From NCBI RefSeq assembly GCF_964204645.1, contig NC_134026.1, positions 17,518,150 through 17,582,149 on the forward strand: DNA of 64,000 bases, read 5' to 3'. The translations under genes were made by a program, and so were the position numbers. Under the pieces are notes generated by a model. The model worked only from the letters and a program-made list of their open reading frames with translations. It made no database searches and was not told the origin of the DNA. Shown piece by piece: positions 53,394-64,000 of the stretch. Positions within the stretch are counted from its first letter, which is position 1, and the number at the start of each line of letters is the position of its first letter. The DNA is from Tubulanus polymorphus. Lineage: Eukaryota; Animalia; Nemertea.

Positions 53394-56335
53394 ATGGGCA
53401 CAGAATGCGACGCAGGATCAAACTACCAAGACATATATGTAAATGAGATTATCAAGAGATTTGCATCCTTACCGAAAGAACAGCAAATTGGATCGTGGAA
53501 CATACATTTTCCAGCATGTCCCTACACAGTTGTAGGGTTGGATGATAGTACCCTTAAGCATCATGATCAGTTAAGTATCATGCCTGTTCTTCTTTGGTAC
53601 CCTTTAGCTCAAATTCCACATTCGGTGTGATGGTAAAATGTTCAAAAGCTTTAACTATAGATTGTTCCACCATATAGATAGCAACGTGCTTTTAGTTAGT
53701 CACATATATATACATGCAAAAATAACCATCGCATCCGTGGGCATCATCCTAATATAATTGAGAAGTTGCATCAATCTGCAGTACAATTTTCTTAACCCAC
53801 GGAAGTGGTATGACTGTTGAATTGGTAAACAACATTGATATGTTATTACTCTCAGGGTTATCATTCGGTAAGGTCGAATTGAACATCAGAGGTAACTATA
53901 GGTCCCGGTTCATACGACGCAAAGCATTCTGGACAGGGAAAGAATCGGAATTTCCGGACTTCGATTCCTTTACATCACTTCCACTATCGTCATTTATTCT
54001 GGACTGTTTCAAAACATATTACTTTCATTGGTATCCGCTAATTGAATTGAGTATGAAATCATTAAAAGCTAAATGGATATCGTGCGATCATACATTCAAA
54101 ATTGCTAACAATATTGGTTTCAAAAGAGATCTTGACGGGAAGTGGACGAAGCAATATGATTCTGTTTTCTTTATTTTGAATGAGAGTGGAGAGATCCTTA
54201 ACTGGAGGCTTGTCAGGGGACAAAGTTTTGATAATGTCCGAGACCTCTTCGTAGATGTAGCATCCCGACAGAATGAAATAGGGTTGGAGCAAATATACTT
54301 GGATAACTGTTGCAAGTGGAGACAACGTCTTTATGATATATTTGGTTCTTCAAATATCGAGGTTAAGTTGGATTTATTTCGTGCTATCCAACGCATTTCT
54401 CAAACCGTGAAAAAAGGACACCCTTTTAGAAAAGATATAATGAGTGACTTTAAGTTAGTTTTTCGTCAGTCGCACGATTTTGGGAAAGTAAGGACCCAAC
54501 CAACGCCTAATGCTGTAGCACTATTAGAAAATATTGATAATTTCTGCAAAAAGTGGTCAGAAGTAAAATCAGAAGGTGGGGCATCAGTTCTCAATTCAAA
54601 AACCATTTCAAGAATTGATAATTTAAAGAAACATATTAAAAAAGATTGTTTGTCAGCAATCCCCGTAGGAGCTGGAACAAATAAAAATGAGCGTTTGCAC
54701 AAGACATTAAGAACTATGATCGACTTCCCGAGAGTTGGTGTAGAAACTGCGAATGCCTGTTTTGGTCGAGTATTTTTCCACATCAATCAATTTATAAAGT
54801 TCAAAGAGTTCCGGCCTATTTCTGAATTATCGATCTGTCCTGACTTCAAAATAGTAAATGAGCCTCGGCAAATGTTGAAAATTACTAAGAAACTTCCGCT
54901 AACATGTTTGCACATAGAAACCTTAAATGAATTAATGGTTATTTCGCAAAATAATCTAAAAAGTTCAATTAACTATTATGACCACAACTATTGTAGTCCG
55001 ACGAAACCCATAGAATTTGGTCTTCACGCGAATACCATAGCTATTTGTTGGTGGCTGAGTATTAAAAGCGCAACAAATAAAAGATCGTTACATATAGATG
55101 GAGAAAATATAGTGCTTATGAATGAAATAATTCCGAAAACTGGTCCATACAGACCATCTCAATATAATGAGGCTGACGAAAGCAGATTAAATTCAGTCGT
55201 AGCTAGGTGGAAATTCAGAAGAGTTCCCGTAGCTAGTGATGGCAACTGTCTTTTTACAGCAGTAAGCATGCAACTTCAACAGTATTTGACGATACATGAA
55301 AATTCTTCCTTAAACGCCTTATTTCCTAGTGATCAGTCCATCGGTATGAGGGCAAATTCGTTGCGGAATATGGTAGTCGACGAATGGCTTGAAAATCAAC
55401 ATCTTTATGAACTATATTTATCCGATGGCATTAACTTTACGATGGAAGCATTACGGTTTCGTTCGAATGGCGTTTTTTCTGGACCACTTGGGGATGTAGT
55501 ACTATTGGCGTTATCAAATGTTTTAGGAATTCCCATTTGCATTCTTTCTTCAATGGAACACTTTGAAAATTTTATTGTCTCGCCTAATTCCCCAGATCGC
55601 ATGAAAGTCCATATGTCACCGATTTATCTTGCGTACCTGGCCAGCGGTCCTGGTCACTATGAGTCGTTAGAAGAAGAAGTGACGTTCGATCCCATTGAAG
55701 AATGTACGGATCCTATAAAAAATCATATTGAAAATGAAAATCTTGTGCCTAGGATTAAAAAACGAACGATGGGTTGTCGTTGTGGAAAAGGGGCCAAATC
55801 AATTGGACCATTTTGTAATTCCCGGCGATGTCCATGTTTTATGGATGATTCAAAATGTGTTCAAGACTGTAAATGTAGAGACTGCTGCAATGGTAAAACG
55901 TCACACCCAGTGCGTAACCTCCCTGTCATATCACGAAAACGAAGTAAATTCTTGTTGCAAGGCCAATCAAGTAGAGGGATAGATTTTCTTGCGGACAGGT
56001 CCGAAGATACGGCTCTTGGTACACCAATTCTAATAGAATCACTCTTAATGCAGGCAGTGCTATTATTGCACACTGTGTCTTGTTTGAAATTTGATTTGAG
56101 TTGTTTATTCTCTACATGCGTTGATTGTTTTAATATCATAGTAAAAGATATCAATTCCAGCCCCCTTCCAACTAGGGAAAAACAATCTCTTTCCAAATTA
56201 AAAAACGCTATGCTCCAAAGGAAACAATTGTTTCAAGCGAAATTGAAAAAACAAATTGAGCTCTTGTCATCCCCAAAGGAACAGAAATCTAATGATACAG
56301 GAACTGAAGATGAAGACGATGATACGTGTGCGTAA
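53394..56335 (+). CDS. Zisupton/KDZ-like DDE transposase fused to OTU protease and CXC domains (5' part disrupted; 841-aa open portion 53810-56335)
   Basis: Motifs ISCDHTFK, ILNESGEI, IYLDNCC, VKLDLFRAIQRI and GTNKNERLH parallel the Zisupton D-D-E blocks. OTU: VASDGNCLFTAVS...LSNVLGIPICI...GHYESL. CXC: GCRCGKG...CNSRRCPC...CVQDCKCRDCCN. Upstream fragments (VLLWYPL; VLLVSHIYTCKNNH..GHHP) are broken by stops/frameshift. Confidence 0.8.
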
Positions 56336-56379
56336 TGTCAGCTGCATCATAATTTCTTAATTCATTTGCAGGGTCATAT

Positions 56380-57130
56380 ATTTTAAGTCACAGTGTTTCT
56401 GCACACATAAGTGATGAAGTATTTTTCTAAAATACAGAGGTTGCATCATGTAGTCTTGTAGTATTATTTGGCTGTTCTCATTATTTTCCAGCTGATTTAG
56501 TATCTAGCATTTTCGGTCTTTAAGCATCCATACATTTTAACTCAGCTTCTGCTCTTTTTTCATGAATCATTGTTTATGGTTAGCTAGCCGAGTTTGGAAT
56601 TCCGTATCTGTCAATCCAATATATGTTTCCTGACTCAGATTTAAATGTGGCTTGATAGATTATACCTCTTGACCTGCATTTGCCATCTAACGGGCATTCT
56701 CATTTGCCATCTAACGGGCATTCCTTCTTTTTGCGGCAGTTACATGGTTTTTTCTCCGTTTCGATTTCCTCAGCAAGTCTATCGTCTATGTATAAGCCGA
56801 TGGATACAATACCCAGTTTTTAACATCCTACACATTCGCAACATTCAGCTCCATCGTAACAACCCATAGTCACATCAAATAAACTCTCAGCGGCTCCTTT
56901 CTTAGACCGTGGATACTTTCCGTCAAAAAAAGCAATATTTTTTTACATGCATTATACATTCTCTATCCAGTTTGCTTATATTTTGAAATACGGCTGCGTA
57001 ATTAAGTGCGTCGTTTAATGGTTTTTCAGTGATGGAGGGTTAGAAGTCTACCACATCAAATGTGATGAATGATGATATATTGTTGATTAATTCTATTAAA
57101 CCATTCTATCACGGACGTGATTATATCACA
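56380..57130 (-). pseudogene. Penelope-like element remnant (Naiad/Chlamys-type RT plus GIY-YIG)
   Basis: SVIEWFN, FITFDVVDF*PSI, FDVTMGCYDGAECCECVG, IGLYIDD, then CNCRKKKECPLDGK...IIYQAT...ETYIGLTDTEFQTRLANHK, with many stops. Confidence 0.85.
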
Positions 57131-59039
57131 CATTAATGCTCATGTCGTTCTCGTGTAGGCTTATAAAATAAAATTAATCAATTGAACACATACATACCAA
57201 TAAATCGACTTTCAAATCGTGTTCAAGTGGTTGGGGACGTAGGGAACTATTTATTACATAAGGATTTACGGATTATTTCGTAGTGAAACCGTGCACTTCT
57301 TGGCGGTATCATCACTATGATACATATAGCGATTGACCATTAAGCCAAGTTGAGTTTTATCATACCATACCATTCGAAACTACTATAAGCTCATTGTCAT
57401 TTATTTTCATATTTTTACATTTTCGTACTCTGTGAGTCATTACTAGGCTGCTGCTAAGACGCACCAGTAAAAAACTGTCGAAAGTTTATAGTTGGCATAC
57501 ATGTAAAGAGCACCAATGTTTTCGAGTAAAAATATGTTTATATATGACGGTATTTTTCATTTTCGTCAAAAACTTTTGGCTGTTAGGGTAAGCGAAAAAG
57601 TTCCATTAGATAAAGCTTGATCAACATGAGTTAAAAAGAGTTCATCCCACAGTTCAAAAGATACACATGTATTACAGTTGTAATTTTTTTTCAAACAAAA
57701 AAAATTGATATCCCGATCGAGACTATAACAAACACATGTGCCTGTGCCGCTTGTTGTAGACTATATCAATTGCATCTATCAATTGCATAGCAATGTCCCC
57801 TATAGATCGCAGCACTTGCACGAACTTATGCACTATACCCCTGTATATATACGCTCCTCTGCTAGGGATTGTCATCAAGTGACAGGGTTTGCAAGTCACT
57901 TCGCTTCTTTGTTTATTTCTTTTACCTGCTTTTCTGGTGATTTCTGTTGTTTTTCTGGATGTTTTTGTCAATCAAATACCTATACTCTGATATTTCTACG
58001 GCGTAATTTCATTTTAGCAAGAAATATGTTGGTCGCGAGTTGAACAGGAACGCTGAACTATCATGTCATATTCAACCATGCGAATTATGAACAGACATTT
58101 CACTTGCCTAAACTCGGCTTATAATTTAAGTCGTCGAATAGTGAATTCTCTCGGTATTTGTTATATTCTCTTACATTTTTAGATTCCTTTACTTGATTAA
58201 TGAATGAGAATGGTTAGCTTTGGTTTGATTTTTGTAAATACCGCTACATTGCACATAATTGATACTTGATTATGATACGATTGTGTCTAATTAGATGTGA
58301 AGGTCATTCTCTCATTTTTGTAGAAAACATTTATTTGCTTAAGCCATACTTAGGCTGTAATTAAGATACCCTGTTTTTCAAGTTTCCTAAGTCTGAAATA
58401 GTCTACCCGTTGATTGTCGATATTTGAAAGAAAAAGTGTTAGAAATAGTATATTGTTTCGATTCCACGATTTATTTTTGTAAAAAGGCACTGACCACCAT
58501 GTTGTTGTTGTCAGACCACTTTACACAATCCCGATACATTGTTGAAATATACGATATTAAGATTAAACGACATTGATAAACAAATTTTACACCCACTGTT
58601 ATTTCAAGCGATTCACTGTCACGGATCTGATCTGACCCAGCCAGTTTTATTGTTTTTGAAAATTATTAATTGTACTTCATTCATCAACAAGCTGGCCATG
58701 AGAAACAAGGTATCTTCTTCAGTCTAAATCATCGTTTTGTGTAGAATCATGTTATTAAGAATGTTTGTCTATTCACCGACAATAAATTTACGAATACGTA
58801 ATGACTTAAGTAATCACAATTTGTCAGTCATCAGTATCACTCGTGGTTAGTTGTCTTAACATACAGTTGAATCCTTAGCATATCCGGATTTTTTACTCGA
58901 CAACCGTCACTGGATTATCAACGAGTTTGTCCCAACATTTGACTTAGACCTTGTCTTTAAGAAAAAATTACTGGACGACAATTAGACTCACTATCTGGAA
59001 GTTACCAAAGGTATCACTGATACTTAAGATCCTGTCAGT

Positions 59040-62000
59040 ACCCTGTACCCGTAACCCAACCCTGTGCCTGGGAGTTGCCGAAGTGTTAGGAGCCTCAAGA
59101 TTACCTCCGATACCGTAGATACCCAGGTTGCCTTGGAGTTACCAAAGATCCCTCGGTTACCGACGATACCCCAGAAACCGAAGATACCGAGGATAGCTCT
59201 CTCACGCCTGAGAGCTCCCACATTGCCTGTGGTACCTCCGAAACCGTAGATACTCAGGTTGCTTGGGAGTTACCATTGATCCTTCAGTTACCGACGATAC
59301 CAGGCCGGGAGACAGGTATCCTCGGTATCGTAGGTATCGTTGGTATCACAGGTAACCTGGAGGCTCACAGGCCGTGAGACAGGTATCCTCGGTATCGTAG
59401 GTATCGTTGGTATCACAGGTAACGTGAGACTCACAGGCCGTGAGACAGGTATCCTCGGTATCGCAGGTATCGTTGGTATCACCGGTACCCTGGGGTCCCA
59501 CAGGCCGGGAGACAGGTATCCTCGGTATCGTAGGTATCGTTGGTATCACAGGTAACCTGGAGGCTCACAGGCCGTGAGACAGGTATCCTCGGTATCGTAG
59601 GTATCGTTGGTATCACAGGTAACCTGGAGGCTCACAGGCCGTGAGACAGGTATCCTCGGTATCACAGGTATCGTTAATATCACCGGTACCCTGGGGTCCC
59701 GCAGGCCGGGAGACAGGTATCCTCGGTATCGTAGGTATCGTTGGTATCACAGGTAACCTGGAGGCTCACAGGCCATGAGACAGGTATCCTCGGTATCACA
59801 GGTATCGTTGGTATCACAGGTAACCTGAGACTCACAGGCCTTGAGACAGGTATCCTCGGTATCGTAGGTATCGTTGGTATCACCGGTACCCTTGGTTCCC
59901 ACAGGCTGGGAGACAGGTATCCTCGGTATCATAGGTATCGTTGGTATCACAGGTAACCTGGAGGCTCACAGGCCGGGAGACAGGTATCCTCGGTATCGTA
60001 GGTATCGTTGGTATCATAGGTAACTTGGAGGCTCACAGGCCGGGAGACAGGTATCCTCGGTATCACAGGTATCCTCGGTATCACAGGTAACTGAGCCTCC
60101 AGGTTACCTGTGATACCAACGATACCGAGGATACCTGTCTCATGGCCTGTTGGACCCCAGGGTACCTGTGATACCGACGATACCGAGGACACCTGTCTCC
60201 CGGCCTGTGAGCCTCCAGGTTACTTGTGATACCAACGATACCTACGATACCGAGGATACCTGTCTCACGGCCTGTGAGTCTCAGGTTACCTGTGATACCA
60301 ACGATACCTGCGATACCGAGGATACCTGTCTCCCGGCCTGTGAGCCTCCAGGTTACCTGTGATACCAACGATACCTACGATACCGAGGATACCTGTCTCC
60401 CGGCCTGTGAGCCTCCAGGTTACCTCTGATACCTGTGATACCAACGATACCGAGGATACCTGTCTCACGGCCTGTGGGACCCCAGGGTACCTGTGATACC
60501 AACGATACCTGTGATACCGAGGATACCTGTCTCACGGCCTGTGAGCCTCCAGGTTACCCGTGATACCAACGATACCAAGGATACCTGTCTCAAGGCCTGT
60601 GAGTCTCAGGTTACTTGTGATACCAACGATACCTGCGATACCGAGGATACCTATCTCCCGGCCTGTGAGTCTCCAGGTTACCTGTGATACCAACGATACC
60701 GAGGATACCTGTCTCCCGGCCTGTGAGCCTCCAGGTTACCTCTGATACCTGTGATACCAACGATACCGAGGATACCTGACTCATGGCCTGTGGGACCCCA
60801 GGGTACCTGTGATACCAACGATACCTGTGATACCGAGGATACCTGTCTCACGGCCTTTGAGCCTCTAGGTTACCTGTGATACCAACGATACCGAGGATAC
60901 CTGTGTCAAGGCCTGTGAGTCTCAGGTTACCTGTGATACCAACAATACCTGCGATACCGAGGATACCTGTCTCCCGGCCTGTGAGTCTCCAGGTTACCTG
61001 TGATACCAACGATACCTACGATACCGAGGATACCTGTCTCCCAGCCTGTGAGCCTCCAGGTTACCTCTGATACCTGTGATACCAACGATACCGAGGATAC
61101 CTGACTCATGGCCTGTAGGACCCCAGGGTACCTGTGATACCAACGATACATGTGATACCGAGGATACCTGTCTCACGGCCTGTGAGCCTCCAGGTTACCT
61201 GTGATACCAACGACACCGAGGATACCTGTCTCATGGCCTGTGGGACCCCACGGTACCTGTGATACCAACGATACCTGTGATACCGAGGATACCTGTCTCA
61301 CGGCCTGTGAGCCGCCAGGTTACCTGTGATACCAACGATACCTACGATACCGAGGATACCTGTCTCAAGGCCTGTGAGTCTCAGGTTACCTGTGATACCA
61401 ACGATACCTGCGATACCGAGGATACCTGTCTCCCGGCCTGTGAGTCTCCAGGTTACCTGTGATACCAACGACACCGAGGATACCTGTCTCATGGCCTGTG
61501 GGACCCCAGGGTACCTGTGATACCAACGATACCTGTGATACCGAGGATACCTGTCTCACGGCCTGTGAGCCGCCAGGTTACCTGTGATACCAACGATACC
61601 TACGATACCGAGGATACCTGTCTCAAGGCCTGTGAGTCTCAGGTTACCTGTGATACCAACGATACCTGCGATACCGAGGATACCTGTCTCCCGGCCTGTG
61701 AGCCTCCAGGTTACCTGTGATACCAACGATACCTACGATACCGAGGATACCTGTCTCACGGCCTGTGAGCCTCCATGTTACCTGTGATACCAACGATACC
61801 TACGATACCGAGGATACCTGTCTCACGGCCTGTGAGTCTCAGGTTACCTGTGATACCAACGATACCTGCGATACCGAGGATACCTGTCTCCCGGCCTGTG
61901 AGCCTCCAGGTTACCTGTGATATCAACGATACCTACGATACCGAGGATACCTGTCTCACGGCCTGTGAGCCTCCATGTTACCTGTGATACCAACGATACC

Positions 62001-62734
62001 TACGATACCGAGGATACCTGTCTCAAGGCCTGTGAGTCGAAGGTTACCTGTGATACCAACGATACCTACGATACCGAGGATACCTGTCTCCCGGCCTGTG
62101 AGCCTCCAGGTTACCTGCGATACCGATGATACCGAGGATACCCACGATATCTTGGTGATTCTCAAAACCTCGACGGAGCGCTCCTGATGTCGTACGTTGG
62201 TGAATTACGATTACGATTACGATTTATTTACACTCCAACCATTTCCATGGTATATGGAGGAAAACTATTACACATGTATATACAAATATTTACAAAACAA
62301 CACTAAAGTGATTAAAATTTAGAGAATGAAAACGTAACGAATATATATATATATATATACATCAACTATTTACAATACTATATATACTATTATATACATC
62401 AACTATTTACAATACTATATATACTATTGGAGGGATCTATATACATCTAAGCCGGTCTTAATGAATTTAGCTAAGTTGACCGTTGGGTTTTTCAGAATAT
62501 CAAGGGTATTAAAGGTATTCAAATTCAAAAAGTTTTTGCGTTGTTCGTTAAGTAAGGTACAGTCAAACAGAAAATGGGATTCGTCACCTAAAGTATTACA
62601 AGTGGGGCATATTCTATCGGCTCTGTCTAAATGAAGGTTTGAAAATTTGTTTACAGGTAAAAGCTATCGTTTAGTGGCGCCCTCTTGTGGAGTCGCCATC
62701 TTGAATCTGTGTCGAATTACACCGGCTTATAACC
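59040..62734 (-). repeat. Right TIR: long subterminal array plus unique end
   Basis: Same unit as the left array: inverted at 60092-62140, direct at 59301-60091, degenerate inverted at ~59040-59300. Unique end at 62141-62204 and 62661-62734. Confidence 0.95.
62205..62660 (-). mobile_element. 5'-truncated non-LTR retrotransposon inserted in the right TIR
   Basis: LPVNKF...DRICPTCNTLGDESHFLFDC...LAKFIK (CCHC knuckle), 3' UTR, AATAAA and (ATCGTA)n tail. The TIR resumes exactly on both sides (GGTGAA|...|AAGCTATCG). Confidence 0.88.
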
Positions 62735-63504
62735 CAAAACCCAGTTCCACAGTTGTTGTCACCGAGGAGACAAAAAGATTGAATCTCCTGTCTTTAATTT
62801 GTTCCAGCATAAATTATTTCAATTTTATGCAATGATCCCAAGTATTCTTGAGGCTTTCTGACCTAGAGATGCACAGTGTCCAATTTGTTATTGGAGAACT
62901 AAATCTATGCAGAATGGTTTCCTAGAGATTTGATTATTATAATAAATTAGATGTAAAATATTCGACAAATTATTTTTTCTTTGTAATTGAGTAATTGATT
63001 GATTGGTGCCATTGATTGTTTTTGTTTTGGGCTGGAACACGATAATCAGTAGTTTAGACGTGTGACCAGCGATGTCTTTCGTCGCTAATTGAAGTTGATG
63101 TAATTCGGTTAATTTGATGAATACGATAATTTGTCTTTTGACCCATAATAACAATTTCGTTTTTTGTTTCGTTGAGAGTGCGCGAGAGGTCACTAAACGT
63201 CGTATACATCCGCTCCGGTCGTTGATGTATTACAGACGTGGTTACAGTGAGTACAGTATAACTCACTGGAAGTCGTCATGATGTAGTATTACGTAGCATT
63301 GTTTATGAATACAATGGCTATTGAGTAAAAGAGTTCAGTTCTCATCCATGCAAATGAACTGTGTTTTGTTCGTCATCTCCCCGATCCTGAGGACATCGTC
63401 AACTCTCGGTTGGACAGGGACTCGCACCCGATCGCTCCGCTTGGATACGTCATTGATGACGTATTCTCGTGCGGTGACGTCAAGTCCGTCATGACCCCTT
63501 GGAC

Positions 63505-64000
63505 CCTATTTGTACGACGGACTCCTTTTTTGAATTCAACAATTGTTTTTACGAACAGACATTTGGTATCGCTATGGGAAACCCTCTTAGTCCTATTCTG
63601 GCTAATTTATTCCTAGAACATGTTGAATCTGAAATATTGCCTCTTTATACTGATATTTACCCTAAAATCTGGCTCAGATATGTTGACGATGTTCTGGCTT
63701 TGGTTCCCTTTGACTTCAATGTTGATAACTTTCTTATATATTTAAACTCCCTTTACCCGTCTCTGGCTTTTACATATGAATGGGAATTTAATAGTAAAAT
63801 ACCTTTTCTGGATGTTTTGATTTTTAACTGTGGATCCTTTTTGAAATTCGCGGTTTATAGGAAACCTACCAACGCTGAATCCTACCTCCATTACTTCTCT
63901 TTTACTTCTCCGGATATTAAACTCGGTTTAGCTCAAGGATTATTTCTTCGCGCTTTGAGAATTTGCGACCCCTCATTTCTACCCGATGAAATTCAACATA
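63505..64000 (+). mobile_element. Penelope-like reverse transcriptase, 5'-truncated, runs off the window
   Basis: Open frame from ~63511: FEFNNCFYEQTFGIAMGNPLSPILANLFLE...WLRYVDD...IPFLDVLI...VYRKPT...LRALRICD. Confidence 0.9.

Larger units (their letters stand above)
26057..62734. mobile_element. Giant (36.7-kb) Zisupton/KDZ-like DNA transposon with cargo ATPase gene
   Basis: Ends GGTTATAAGCCGGTGTAATTCGAC.../...GTCGAATTACACCGGCTTATAACC are inverted repeats; 8-bp TSD CAAAACCC at 26049-26056 and 62735-62742; subterminal arrays at both ends; internal transposase at 53394-56335. Confidence 0.88.

Noticed and set aside
57723-58043. Short ORFs as a third cargo gene
   Set aside because: No recognisable motifs or convincing exon chain.
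26057-62734. Polinton/Maverick or Teratorn identity for the giant element
   Set aside because: No protein-primed PolB, retroviral-type integrase, capsid, piggyBac or herpesvirus genes recognised; the TSD is 8 bp, not 6 bp or TTAA.
63380-63440. Hammerhead ribozyme upstream of the Penelope RT (CTGAGGA)
   Set aside because: No matching GAAA core or stems could be identified.

Overview
AT-rich, intron-rich metazoan DNA, probably from an invertebrate. Bases 1-26,050 hold a complete 9-coding-exon NF-YC gene (minus strand, ~311 aa). Its introns carry a decayed but structurally complete DIRS1-type tyrosine-recombinase retrotransposon (split by a 1-kb hAT-like insertion), Helentron-like repeat elements and several MITEs. 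Immediately upstream of the NF-YC promoter is the main discovery, a 36.7-kb DNA element (26,057-62,734). It has near-identical terminal inverted repeats, long subterminal arrays built from a 9-bp GGTATCnnn unit, and an 8-bp target-site duplication (CAAAACCC). It encodes a Zisupton/KDZ-like DDE transposase fused to an OTU protease and a CXC domain. It also encodes a divergently oriented multi-exon AAA+/P-loop ATPase gene whose tail is made of tandemly amplified 57-nt exons. Both genes carry lesions. The interior has collected nested Mutator elements (one with an intact FLYWCH-MULE transposase), a 6.2-kb long-TIR element, and Penelope-like and LINE remnants. A Penelope-like RT begins at the right edge. 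All family assignments come from motif recognition by eye; no searches were run.
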